A DNA stretch of 58,495 nucleotides, filler included, from Asterionella formosa (lineage: Eukaryota): assembly GCA_002256025.1 (NCBI GenBank). It is 5 parts of 5 records of this genome, joined end to end, with 100 filler letters (N's around TTAATTAATTAA, not from the genome) between each part and the next. Parts side by side here need not be neighbours in the genome. Positions count along the whole stretch, not along the records: positions 11,727 to 23,352 come from NKIB01008286.1; positions 23,453 to 35,073 come from NKIB01008293.1; 3 more parts are not named here. One strand, given 5' to 3'. Under the pieces are notes generated by a model that saw only the letters and a program-made list of their open reading frames with translations, had not been told where the DNA came from and did not search any database. Both the position numbers and the translations under genes were made by a program. Positions within the stretch are counted from its first letter, which is position 1. Every line of letters begins with the position of its first letter. Below, piece after piece: positions 11,727-24,496 of the stretch.

Positions 11727-12768
11727 GTGATCACATAATATAGTGATGATCAGGAATGCATGCATGATACTTTGATCAAATATTTAACGTGATGTATTCA
11801 GATAATATATAGATATATTCAACTACGTATTTTGATGTATTCAACTAATTCATGTGATGCATTCAAAATCAACTAGGCTTATTTATGTGATGGTCACTTC
11901 ACGTAATACGCGGCTTAGATGTAAGATACGTTGTTTCATCACTTTGGCTGGGGGAAAAGGAGAACAATTTTGAGTTTGGAGAGAATAAAGCAAAGTAAGC
12001 AAGACTTCATACTTTTGTTTTTGGCTGCCCCTCTATTGGCCCAGTCATTGTTGTGTATTGCTGTTTTTCTGTTTTGAAGGATAAAATTAGCATAAAATCT
12101 AAATCACAAAGTGGTGATCATACCACAGAAAATTTTAAAGACTTAATTGATGACATTTTCTATGCATTTAAATGCCTGTCCTGGCTGCATCATTCATCAA
12201 TTTCAGCAAAGTGACTGCAACTTGCAGGTATGCTAGTAGAAGCATTGATAGGTAGTTATCCCAATTTCATTCAGATCCAATACTTTTTGGTGGCAGACAA
12301 ACACTCAAATGGATCAGTTTCATTGAACCCATTACTATCTTTGTTGAGGGGAGACCATACGAAAATCTAGAAATGATGGGCAGATGGAATTGAGGCAGGG
12401 TCACTTATGGGAAGATTGCATGTGGAAATGTACATAGAATTTTTTGGTGGGACAAACTTTTGAGAGTTTTATCTGTAGGTACAATGTGTCTGTTACTACA
12501 GTCTCAAATAAGAATCTCCTCCATACCATGAATGACGATAATCATTATGATTTAATGGGGTTTTGAAGGTCAGGAATGACGATAATCAAGATGAGTAAAT
12601 GGGGTTTTGAAGGTCCTGTCGGATGATTTCTTTTCAGTGTATCAACCAATATGAGTCCATTCCTCAGTTGCTGCTGGGATAAGTAGTGGTTCAATGGGTA
12701 TGGGTGCTATATGGCCAGGGAAGAAAGTAATGGCTCCAGAATATCCTGAACTTTTTCCCCATTATAAG

Positions 12769-14205
12769 TTAATGATCATCATGTTGTTGTCTAAAATAAG
12801 CTCTTGGGTCTGGAGGAATGTCCCTTGTGCTTCCATCATAATTTCTTCGACCTTCGTCTCGTTGTCTTGCATAATAATCATCTTGAGTCATTTTTTCTGG
12901 GCCCTGTTCATTATTTGTCCTATCACCATCATTCCGATTTGTTCCACGATCATTCATTATATCCTTCTGGACTTGTTTGGCCATGCCAGAAACTCGTTCA
13001 TACAGGAGTGTGGCTCCTGCTACCACTTTATCTTTAATCTTATGCTTTCGATCCAAAATAAAAATTTTGTCCACAATTTTGGAAGTAACAACCATGGTTT
13101 TGGAAAGCAATTTCAATTCAGCATTAACATCTACAAAAACATGCGCCAATGCCACTAATCTAGCTCCCATGGTACGACACACATCTCCTCGAGCGTCTTG
13201 TAGTGTTGTAGCAGCAGCGAATGTCACAGATCCCAACGTCCCACCAATCCATGTTGGGATAAGAGGAAGTGTTCCACCAATGGTTGTCCCAACCAATGTC
13301 ATGGCAATCATGGTATATAACATGGAGAAATCTGGATCATCACTATTCTCCATTGGTCTATAGGTCCATGGATTAGCACATGGGGGGAATGGAGTTCGTT
13401 TTTGTAAGCCCAAGGATGCCTTCACATAAGGCCAAGTGGGGTACATGCGTCTAATGGCAGACGTTTGCTTCATGGCAAGGATCAATGCCAGTCCCAGTGC
13501 ACGCACAAGTTCCCCATAGCTCGATCGAAAGAAGGAAAGTATAAAGAACAAAGTCGCCATGACAGTCCCTATCATTTTTGCATTGGAGAAGAGCGACTTG
13601 GGTGTTCAAAAAATCAATAATTGTGAGTAACCCCTACTCGGAGAGAGAAGAGATGCACCTAGTCGGATGTGCTTGAAATTCTGAAACACACACAGACTCA
13701 CCTGCCCCACAACGGCACCCAAGACATATCCAACAAGAACACACGAAGACCGAATCGTCATTGCCCCTTTCCTAGTAATCATATAATTAGTAATTGCATC
13801 CTGTCGCGGTGACAATTGTACCGGAATGTGAGTGTCGTCTTGTGTCGCAGTGGCGGAGTTTGACCTCCTTGTCCATGCATCCAGGGTCCTTGGAATGATG
13901 TCGTCCTCGTCTATTGCTCGAGACGACGTTGAGGATGCTTCCCGTCGGAAGGGATAATGGATGGGAGTGTGCTGTGTCCGATGTTGTTGCTGATTAATAG
14001 TCGGATGTTCTTGTTGCTCAAAATACTCGGTTCGCCTCCCAGCAGCTTCTTGCGGTCCTCGATTTGGTGGCGGAGGCGGCGGATAGTAGTGGGACTGGAC
14101 TCCATCAGATGCTGATGGAGTAGATGCTGAACTAGAGGAAGAAGCAGCCGCTATTGACACCAGAACGAATAATACATGAGCTTGATGTTGCAGTCTCATC
14201 GTCAT
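12769..14205 (-). CDS. Two-exon membrane protein with signal peptide (~443 aa); exons 14205-13702 and 13596-12769
   Basis: Donor CAG|gtgagt at 13701, branch-point-like tactcac, acceptor cccaag|TCG at 13597. The 105-nt intron joins the two ORFs in frame. Several hydrophobic segments. Confidence 0.8.
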
Positions 14206-14823
14206 GGTGGTGTCGTCTTGATTTCATGGTTCATAATAAAGATGAAATACTTGAGATAAATTTACCACTCCAATTTATTAAAGCTTTTACCGGTACATTT
14301 CATGATTTGATATTTATCGCAGTAGGTTTATTATCGTACAAAATAGGAACAGCGGCTGGGCGTGCTCTGATATAACAAAATAATACCGTATCCATCTAAA
14401 GGTTGCTGCATTTGAACCCCTAGCTCGAGGTAGGGTTGAGTCAGACTAATCAAACAAGTACTTTCACGTATAAAATAGTTGTGTATAACGTTCAACGGAG
14501 CTTTGACCAATACACACCCTTTCCATATCTTATGCTTACATACAGTCTACTGACAAAGTAGTCTACCGGTAGGGGTGTAGGTCCACTCAATATATCGTCA
14601 GTATATAGGATCAGGTCAGAAACTGCAGAAAGGAACTTCGGTTTTTAAATTATGCTAAAAAGATATATTGGTAAAATATATCTTTATAAGAGCATCGCCA
14701 CCGCATCGACCAAATACCAAGCCAATTGAAGTTGCGGGTCATTACACGTCATGATGCATTGTGTTGGTCGAAAAAGCAAAAATATTTTTTATCACTAATA
14801 TTAATTTTATTCTTGTGTATTTA

Positions 14824-16114
14824 TCAACGTTCGCTTTTTAGTTTTTGGTCCCACCCAATTGATTTGTTCCACAAATGACATGGAGGCATGGCAAAATAAA
14901 AATTATCTTTCCGTATCTGTTCCAAAATTTCTTGCGGTTTCAGAGATTTCCTTGATTCCTGTGGTTTCAAAGCAGGAACAACAAATGCTGCCGAAAGTAT
15001 GTTATGAAATTCAACAACACTCAATTCTGTTGTATCATTGCATAAGGTGTCTCTTCTTGCAAAAAACATACGTTTATGAATTATTTTTCATTTCAGTTGA
15101 ACTTTTAAGGGAATGAATACACGATAGGAGAATGGTTGTTGTGTTGGAGAAAATAACATTTTCCCAAAGAAGTAGTTTTGCCGGAACTCAACTGTGTAGA
15201 AACTTGATCCATCTCCTTTCTCCCAGTTCACTTCAACCAGTCAAACCATTTACGACCAGAGATTCCTGCATTTGAATCTTTATTCCATTTCGGATGGCAT
15301 CTGAGAATAGTAGTTTGGCCGGGAATGTTACTTTCAATTTTAACATGATAAAAAAGTCAATCCTTACAATGGAAATAGGCGCAACCCCATCTTCAAAACT
15401 TTTTATTCTTGCTATTTCTATTGCTGAATTCGCAATGCTCTGTACGTAGTTGGACCCCTTTGGTAAATCAGGATGAACCAATTGAGACAAGGGTGCATCC
15501 TTACTCCATGATACATGCCCAATCTTATTAGGGACACCTGCTATAGTCTATAGACCATTTGATGATGAAGCAGCGAGCGAATTGAACTTTAACAGGAAGG
15601 GATGGTGAATGGATCTTGGTAGGCGATATTCCTAAATTATCAGGCGACATGAAAGGCAACATCCTTGTATCTTGAATCATTCCCTCGAAATCAATTTCTG
15701 TTGAAACACCCTCAGTTACATTCATAGTATCATCAACAAGAGCCATTTTTCTTGTATCAACAACTGAAAAAGAAACGTCATCATCGCTTTCAGTATCAAT
15801 TACTGGAGCCTTTGTACTAGTAGCTGATGGTGTCCCCATCGACAATGGGATAGTACCCCCACTAACTCCCTGTCGCCGATTCGGTTCCTTTGGATAATTG
15901 TCTATTCGCTTTTTCTTTGTTAACTCATTTTGGTACTTGCTTCTTTGTTCCATACCGAAAGTATTTGCCACATCTTGCTAGTTTGTTCCATGAACCTCTT
16001 AATGGTTTTTTGAAGACATTGTACTACTAGATAACTGTTGTCGTTATCTTCCTTAAAGTTCGATGATCTTAAAATCAGGTGTTGCAAGCTATAAGGAAAA
16101 GAATCATCAGCCAC
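14824..16114 (-). pseudogene. Fragmented coding remnant of unknown family, probably transposon-derived
   Basis: Chain of same-strand ORF pieces (15920-16114, 15528-15971, 15233-15490, 14824-15069) separated by stops or frameshifts. A Harbinger/Tourist-like terminus TAA|GAGCATCGCCACC lies near 14690. Confidence 0.35.
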
Positions 16115-16225
16115 TACATATAATATTTTACGCTGTCTAGATATGATACCATAAAACCAACAGTGCTATCTATTTACATTATCATATACAAAATCAGAAC
16201 CGAGTTTGAGTAATAGCATATCTTA

Positions 16226-16690
16226 TTTTCAATTATACGATTATACAATCCTAAAAATTTGATGATTTACTGTCCCGCTGCAGTAGCAGCAGTCATGAAC
16301 ATATGGTGTTCTGTTGCTCGCTTACTACTCCAACTACTCTCTTTCAATTTTACGATTGTACAATCCTAAAACTATGATGATTTACTGTCCCACTGCAGTA
16401 GCAAGAGTCATGAACATATGGTGTTCTATTGCTCACTTACTACTCCGACTATTCTTTTTCAATTTTATGATCATACAATCCTAAAACTATGATGATTTAA
16501 TGTCCCGCTGCAGTAGCAGCAGTCATGAACATATGGTGCTCTGTTGCTTGCTCACTACTCTGACTATCCTTTTTCAATTTTATGATCATGCGATCCTAAA
16601 AATATGATGATTTACTGTCCCACTGCAGTAGCAACAGTCATGAACATATGGTGTTCTGATGCTCGCTTACTACCTGGTACTCTGACTACC
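16226..16690. repeat. Tandem repeat, four copies of ~115 bp
   Basis: Unit tttcaattttatgat...gatgatttactgtcccrctgcagtagcagcagtcatgaacatatggtgttct... starts near 16227, 16342, 16457 and 16571. Confidence 0.92.
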
Positions 16691-18374
16691 TGGTACCCCC
16701 AGTATATCACTTCCTACCTGCTACTGGTACTCTGTATATATATGATAAAATGTTATTGTCGTATGATGTACTGGTACACATGAAGAACTCCCGCCCCAAA
16801 AAGGGGCTTAAACAATTTGCTACCAAAATCCTTGCGTATAAATAATGATACATATGGGTTATGACTTAGTACACAAATTGAATGGTCTAAATAATTAGTT
16901 CCAACGGACGTAGAAAATATTGATGCAAAAAAATTTCAAAAAAATAGTACCGGTACGCGAAGTCGTGGAAAACAATGGACATCGAATTATCTATATGCAA
17001 ATATGATCATCTCAACAATACCAGATGTTCCATATTGAGAGTGCCTTTGATTTTTATAAATGTACGACACTTGATATATTTATATTTTTACAAATTTTAC
17101 ATGGCAAATATATTTGAAATCGTTCTGTCATGTTAACAAACAATGCCTGCTTCATGAAAAGAAATATCGTAGTAAAGCACATGACAAGGAAGGAAAAGTT
17201 TACGCAATAACGAAAAACATTGTGGCTTCGACACATTGCGCCTTCGAAGGATGGAGTATGTTTAAGGTAATGAAGCCATCAATGTGGTACTTGGATGAAA
17301 ATCGTTGGGAGGCAGGACAACAACAAATTGTAAACTAAACGCATATTTCCTTTTTTCTCAGTTGATTCAACAGCTCGTTTCGCTTGTTGGGGAGCACCAA
17401 TGTAAAACAAAACAAAGCAAAATTGGTAAGTGCTCTTGTCATTGGACTTATTCACTTCTGATTGAACATCACTGACGGACATGCCACGTTTAACTTCTCT
17501 CAAAGTTAAGCTAACGAAAATGAATCGGTAAGTTTTATTTGGCAACATTGGAAACCTGAAACTTAATTATTCAAGAATTTACTGACAATTTACTATTACA
17601 GACTTATACATCACTTGCTTTGATTTGGCTGTGGTAATTGAAGTAAGCAAAAGGATACAATGGAATGGCGTGATGTTGTGTCAGTGTAACATGTCTAGCT
17701 AACAAGTTGTTCCTTCTCATTGTTACTGTAACTGCATAGGACAATAAAACCGATCAAACGGAATAGCCGGCGAGTTCAGAATGACACTAACAGCAGGGAG
17801 AGAGACGCAACATTAGTAAGGCATTGCTTGGCACAAGATTCAGAAAAGAAGAAGAAAAGGACGAGACAGGAACAATATACATTGAGCCGAGTAGAGAGAG
17901 AAACGTTGGGTCGCTGGCATGTAGATTAATAGATAGCATTGCTAAATTTGATAGTTAAATTACGATCCATTTCAATCTATTTTGAACAATGCTTGTGATA
18001 GAATTATGATCATGTTTACGGAAGATTTACGATGAAACAATTTAAATGATAGCATAGAGTTGAGCTGATTTTAGGATGCCTTGTAAAAATAATTTACATC
18101 GGGCAATTACAAGAATTGAAAATAATATGAGAAGGTTTATGATGATGATGAGTAATGTTGTTGATCAGTTGATATACATTGTGTGATGATAATGTTCTTA
18201 TTATCATTATACTTCAAGGTCGGTAAAATATTAATAAATTATAATAGTTATGGGATACCTTGATCATAATTTTGATCCAAATATTATCATATATACGAAA
18301 ATCCTGTGCCACTTAGCGTACGATACCCTTGATCCTATATGCATGATACTTTTTTTTTGCAGACAGATATAGGA

Positions 18375-18480
18375 TCTGGCGAGAAACTGCAGAAAGGAAC
18401 TTCGGTTTTTAAACTATGCTATAAAGACTAGACATTTCGGGGGGAAAAACCGAAGTTCCTTTCTGCAGTTTCTTGCCAGA
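18375..18480. repeat. 36-bp near-perfect inverted repeat with a 34-nt spacer (foldback/MITE-like); a solo arm lies at ~14600-14662
   Basis: tctggcgagaaactgcagaaaggaacttcggttttt (18375-18410) pairs with 18445-18480 with one mismatch. Confidence 0.9.
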
Positions 18481-18620
18481 AGTTATATACTGATGCTATT
18501 TGAAGGTTACCTAAATTCGACAAAATCGGCCTTTTCTACGGTCTCCGAAAAATTGGAATCAGAACCACTTAGCGCCGAAACTTCATCATTGGACAGGTAG
18601 TCTTCGTAAAATTACCAGTA

Positions 18621-19703
18621 CCAGTTAAAAACTGTAGGCCACCGCTATGACGACTTTTGAACTGTAAGCCACCGCTAAATGGAGTAAACGCACGGCTTGA
18701 ACTTAGTTTGCAAGATACGTTAATTATTGTCAAGGAGGAGTTGCTCAGATTTATATGCTGCTTTCGAATAAACTATGCGTCAGAAGCATTTGGAGATGAT
18801 GCAAGCGCAAAAAGCATATTGTATCGCGCCTAACAGGTGAAGTAATACGAAAAGAATTTCTGTAGTATAAACGGAGTAAAAATAATCACGGTTTGGGGGG
18901 AAATTTATATTACGGACAAGGACGGACGCGTGAGCAGCGGATATATAAAAACCACGCGATGCGAATCGAAGGAGTCGAAGCTGAGAAATTAATAAAGCGA
19001 CAACGCGACTATTAAGTTCTAGCTTTTTGAGTTGAATCGAACAACCAATAATCGGCAGCTAAGACAACAAGGGAAGAAGACAGCAACCACGTGAGGTTAA
19101 ACAAGTAAAGCAGTACAGGGGTGAAGCATACAATGCTTTGAATAACGATTCAGAGAAGCAGTCTAAAGCATCGCCAAGCCTTTCGCAATTTATAGTCTGA
19201 ATCACCCACCCTACGTCCCTCCCTCGGCAAAGCGCAACTCGATTGCCGCAGAACCCAGAGATTGGATCCGGACATCAAACCCGGATTCAGGAATGGGACA
19301 CGTTTACTTAGCACCGAATTCAAAAACCCAGTTATGCTACTTCTACTTAGTATTCCTGGCTCGTTATTCCATTATTCTATGGATCACTTTCATAGATTCC
19401 AGTGAAGTATCCACGAAGCTATGACACAGACTAAATATGGAGCAAGACGAAACGGACGAGACAGTAATTGTGTCAAAGTTACTTCGATATACACATGTAT
19501 GAATAGAAAAATATGCACTACAAGCCACCGCTATGCAACAATCTTAATAACTTTGAAAAAATTATATCTACATGGCTTTATACACTGAATCGAAACTAAT
19601 TACTTATTCGTTGAGTAGAGTGCATCGTCGAACATACTCTTTGTACTTGCATCAGGTTTCGGAAGATGGAGTAAAATAACGGTGGCTTACAGTTTTTAAC
19701 TGA
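18621..19703. mobile_element. Non-autonomous TA-flanked TIR element (Tc1/mariner/pogo superfamily-like)
   Basis: Left end TA|CCAGTTAAAAACTGTAGGCCACCG; right end CGGTGGCTTACAGTTTTTAACTGA|TA. Internal copies of aagccaccgcta. Confidence 0.8.
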
Positions 19704-19935
19704 TACCAAAAGTTCCATTGTAAGTGTGCACAGTATTATATATGTACTGATAGGCCAAGGCGAAATACTCAACTCTGTTTGATTGTGAGAGAAATTGCAA
19801 ACCCACACCGGCCACATTGGATACACATGTAACATTTCTTTGGATGTACCGGTAGGCCTGTACTATATCCAGTGCGGGTACCAGTAAGTAGATTATCATC
19901 ATTGGACATCATTCGTGTGGTACCTGGTACCAGTA

Positions 19936-21686
19936 CCAGTCTAAAACTGCTTAAGGCCACTACCGTATATTACCCCGTTTTTGGACTAAAATTAGAAAAA
20001 TGTTCAGCGGACCTCAATTAAAACCCTTTGAATAGAGCTCAACTAATGCATGCATAAATATATTTTTTAATGGTAAACGGTTAAAAAATATTACCTCGTT
20101 TTCCATATTTTCTCCAATTTCTTGTGTCAACTGACGTCGATTTATTGTGCAAACAACACATTTATCACTTTTCCATAATCACAACTTCATCTTCGTCATC
20201 CTCTGCAGCTGAGGCCGATGGTGGCAGTATTGCTACGGCAACTGGGACTGGTGCATAGCCACCTCTTATTGTATCAACATACTCGGTAAGCAGTAGTTGT
20301 TACGTTGCAGATAATGCATGGTGCATCGCCAATTCGTTTGTACCACAACACGATTGTTTTTGTTTGCGCCACCGTCCATTTGTGTGCCCGTTTGTTGAGT
20401 GCTCTAATCGCTTGCACCTCGTTCAATGTTGCTTTATAATCCATAGCTTTCTTATTCGCTTTCTCACTCTCTTTCTACTCTGCTCTTCTTTCCTCCTAGT
20501 CATATCGTCCAGTGCTTCCGTTCCCAGTTTAAAGCGTCCAGTCGCCACATGAAGTCCTGCCATATACCTTTTATTTTGCGCGATCGCCAATAGCGTCCAC
20601 TGGCAAGCCATCTGATCAAGATTGATGCCGACCACATGCTTGTGTTGCTGGAGCAAGTTTCATGGTCTCAATGGAACACTTTTTTCGTTTGTATTTGTCC
20701 CCCCCCCCTCTCTCACCAGAAAGTTGTGTTTGTTGAGTCTCATGCTGTTCCGGTCTATTGGCCAGATTATTGTCTCTCACACTGCTGTGTTCATCTGCAT
20801 TACATGTAACTGGTGTCAAAGTGGACGATGCTGTAGTGGTGGCTGGTTCCAAAGGTAAGTTTACTGCTAGTTTTGATTCATTCTGCTGTGGAACAATCCA
20901 AAAGCACTATAGATTTCAAACCCCCTAATACTAGATCTTTGTTGTCATTATTCAATTTCTTCAAAGGGTACTTCACCATGTCCTTTGTTAGCCACGTTAT
21001 TGTGTCAACTTTGTCTGCTACTAATAATCTAGCTAGCAATAGCACCACTTGGTAAAACAACTCCTCCACCATTAGCCTTTCTAGCGTCTACTTCTCTGAC
21101 ATTGTTGTTTAGAACAAGCTTTACTAAATCCATATCTAGAGATTTACAAATAACTCTGTACTTGCTCGAGGTTTGGTACTTCTTCGGTTCATTATAATAA
21201 GTTGTAAGATCCGGAGAAATGAAAATGTGGTATATTGTGATGGTCTCAAGCGCATTTCAGGATGCATCTATGTTGACAGTACAAAATCACTAAATTGCTA
21301 TGGTGCGAACTAGCGTGCATGTTTACATTGGGATGTAGCACACAATCGCGCCGTAATTATAATCCACCTCAAGAAAAGCGTTAAAGGAAGCTATATGAAT
21401 TTGGAGTATTAAAAATTAGTCAATATCGTATATGAATATAAAATGTCGGCCCAGCTAAACGAGGTAATATTTTCTTCTTCCGATGTGCCTCACTCAACAT
21501 TTTCGAAGTTGTTTATCTCACCAACTGGAACACAACATCGATCGGGCGTTCAGACATCCTATATGTAGATGCGTGAAACAAATGACTTGTTCATAGTAAA
21601 TATTGTCGTATTGCTAAAATTGAAAAAGTTTGTAGTACAAAATGTGAGATTACCCCGTTATGGTGGTCTAAGCAGTTTTTAACTGG
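19936..21686 (-). mobile_element. TA-flanked TIR element of the same terminus family, containing decayed transposase-like coding remnants
   Basis: Left end TA|CCAGTCTAAAACTGCTTAAGGCCAC; right end GTGGTCTAAGCAGTTTTTAACTGG|TA. Minus-strand fragments include ATGRFKLGTEALDDM and KWTVAQTKTIVLWYKRIGD. No DDE core seen. Confidence 0.7.
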
Positions 21687-22359
21687 TACCAGGCACCAGG
21701 ACCAGCATCAGTTACCGGTAATAAATATTCCAGTCATTGCCGGTATGTCCTGTACATCTCGACATACCGGTATTCACCGAACGGACTCCTGCCACTGGCT
21801 GACCCACCATGAGTCACAACTTGACCACTAGCAAATTGCGGTAACCCTAACAATTTAATCTGGGATAAAGAAAGCTAAATCTTTGGTTCAGCAAAATTAC
21901 CGGTACGTCAGCCCTTCGATCGTTCGGTCATTGCTACACAGTGCGGAAGTCCATCACGTGAAGTAACCTCAAAAAGAGATGGTCAAGATCGTTCTGTATG
22001 TCATTCGAATACCGGTAAATGAATTAGCAGTATCGTGCTATAATGCGTACTACAGGATGAAACGTACGTAAAAAACCGTTTGAATCTGTGAGTGAATTGC
22101 AGGAATGATTTACGGTATGTCTCAAAAATTCAGTAATAGCCAAAAGTTTTTGTCGTTTCCATATTTTACGCATGGAGTAGTTAAAAGCATACATGTGCAT
22201 GACAATCATCATCATGCATCATGCATCATGCTCATCATCATCATCATACATCATAGATACCGTTAGTTGTATGAACCGGTATGAGGGTGGACAAAATTTC
22301 CGGCATCTTCCATCTATCATGCATGAGCAATGAGTTGCGTAGAATTCTACGACAAGTGG

Positions 22360-22445
22360 TAGATTTCAATTGGTGATGACGGAGACAAGGCCATTGCAGA
22401 GGCTCTCAAGGACAATACTGTCTTGGTCTGACTGAACTTTATGTC
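22360..22445 (+). pseudogene. Fragment of an RNI-like (NLRC3-type) leucine-rich repeat
   Basis: Translates to SIGDDGDKAIAEALKDNTVLV*LNF, matching the IGDEGA.A.AEALK.N..L..L consensus. Confidence 0.6.
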
Positions 22446-22710
22446 GATAGTGTGGGCGCGTTCTGATAATAAAAAATTATTATATCATGTGTGTATTACA
22501 ACACAATTTATTCTGGTGATCTGCTACATAATATCATCCTTGCGCTCTGATAATAGAGATATTTTAGATTACTTCTCTGACATAATATATATTTTTAACT
22601 TTAATTTTCAACAGTTAAATTTTCATATCGATGCATCCTCTTGTATGCTATGCCGCCTCTTTTCATTATATGCATGAGTTCTATATATTCATCATCGTCG
22701 GTCACTGACC

Positions 22711-23352
22711 ATGTCGACTTTTATCTCATCTCCTGATGATGATGATGATGATGACATTATGATCACATTGCTACTGTTAGCAATGTGCTATCCACCAGTA
22801 AATAGGACGCCATCGTTCAGGGAAAGTTTGACTGTTGATGAGGTCAGAAGAAGAAGTGGCAAAATCCGTCGCCACGCACTACAGCATCCATTATCGAGTC
22901 CATTCTGGACTTTGTTCAACAGCAAGCATGATGATGCTCTGATTACCTTGTGTGGGTTTGACCATGCTTCTTTCGAGCTCCTACACCAGCTGTTCAAACC
23001 TTGTTTTTATTCCTTCACTCCCTGTAGGAAAAATACGGATTTCATTGTTAGAAATTCAACAACAAAGAAAGGTCAGCAAAGATACCTCTGTTCCATCAGT
23101 TGTCTAGCGCTTGAGTTAGCATGGACCAGGACTCGTGGTTCCTATATAATTCTTCAGATTATTTTCGGATTAACTCATGGTTCTTTGAGTGTTTGGTTGA
23201 GGTTTTCAAGGCAAATTATTGTAAAAGTACTGCTGACACATGAAGATGCCGTTGTGAGACTGCCTACTGCAGACGAAGCCCCCTTGTTTGCAACCATGAT
23301 CAATCAGAAATACCCACTTATAACAAATTGTTGGGGGGGGGGGAGCAATGGA
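22711..23352 (+). mobile_element. PIF/Harbinger-like transposase, N-terminal half, cut by the contig end
   Basis: Motifs CGFDHASF, CL.L.LAWTRTRGS...LQ.IFG, VRLPT and KYPL..CWG precede the expected first catalytic Asp. Possible TIR GGGCGCGTTCTGATAAT near 22454. Confidence 0.65.
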
Positions 23353-23452
23353 NNNNNNNNNNNNNNNNNNNNNNNNNNNNNNNNNNNNNNNNNNNNTTAA
23401 TTAATTAANNNNNNNNNNNNNNNNNNNNNNNNNNNNNNNNNNNNNNNNNNNN
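23353..23452. other. Artificial contig linker
   Basis: N44-TTAATTAATTAA-N44. Confidence 0.98.
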
Positions 23453-24094
23453 AAACGGATTCGTATCCATGTCTGAGACTAAGCAAGAGTCCGTGTCAAG
23501 GCGCATGACATAGTCTGGAAGAAAATCCAGTTCAAAGAAGTAGTGAAACCAAAAGGCACACATTCGTTTGTAGCTAACGTTGGATTCATTGGCCCACTTT
23601 TCATCTCTTGGTTGAATGAAGAGAATTTCGTGAAAGTATAGAGGAAAAGGACTGGCGTTTGTCAGAGCGAGTCGTGTTGAATTAGAGAGTTCACCGTCAT
23701 AAAGTAGAATGACAGACAAATCCATCAGTGGAAAAGTCTTGCTGCTGTCGTCTGCAGGGATAAAATGCAGCGAGAGCGACTTGAGTGAATCATAAATGCT
23801 GCGACAGCTTTCTCGATCCCGATCGGCTCCGAAGTGTTTCTCATTTCCCAAATAGACGAAGGCAGCACTGATACTGCTGATGGGGACGACAGGATCATAT
23901 TCGCTTCTTTGTTTGGATGTTTTAACAGTTTCTACCTCCAACAATTGAACGTAACAGTAGAAAATCACTACTAGCAGTGCGGAAAAAACTTCTAATTTGG
24001 AGGACCGCCTGCCGCGGAAACTTGCCCTCTCGGCCCATGAGCGCAACAACGAACCTTGCGAAGAGTCGATGATATCAAGGAAAGAACCGAACAT
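23453..24094 (-). CDS. GT15-like (Kre2/Ktr alpha-1,2-mannosyltransferase) type II membrane glycosyltransferase; 3' end truncated
   Basis: N-terminal transmembrane segment, AAFVYL, SLKSL, then YKRMCAFW...DYVMRLDTDS, which resembles the GT15 motif YR.MC.F...YYWR.D. Confidence 0.72.
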
Positions 24095-24496
24095 GATCGC
24101 TCAGCCATGAGGAATATTAGGGGTTTACTAGGTATATAGGTATTCACTTTTTATTCGACAGAGAATGCTACCCGTAGTGGAAGCTATTGCACTAGTAATT
24201 TACTAGTACCGTGTACAAAGCCAGTACCTGATCATGAATGTTTGCATATCATCAGCACGACCATCAGTTACCAGTGTACCTGGTGAGCGGTCCTGTACAT
24301 CGATACAGATGTATATAGGGTTGGGGTTATATCAAATATATCAGAACTCGACTAACACCTATTGTATACTTTGATGTCAACTTGGGAAACAAGTTGTATG
24401 TAAGATTAATTAGCTCATATATTCAACAAATACTACTATTTCTAGTTAGATACTTCACTTTGAATTCAAAAAGAGTCCAATTAGAAGAAAACAAAC

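Noticed and set aside
16226..16690. Regularly spaced repeats as a possible CRISPR array (also 32150-34090 and 49297-49605)
   Set aside because: Whole units are homologous with no unique spacers, there are no cas genes, and the context is eukaryotic.
24310..24428. Candidate Gypsy 5' LTR (TG...CA)
   Set aside because: No second copy and no recognisable PBS, so the boundaries cannot be supported.
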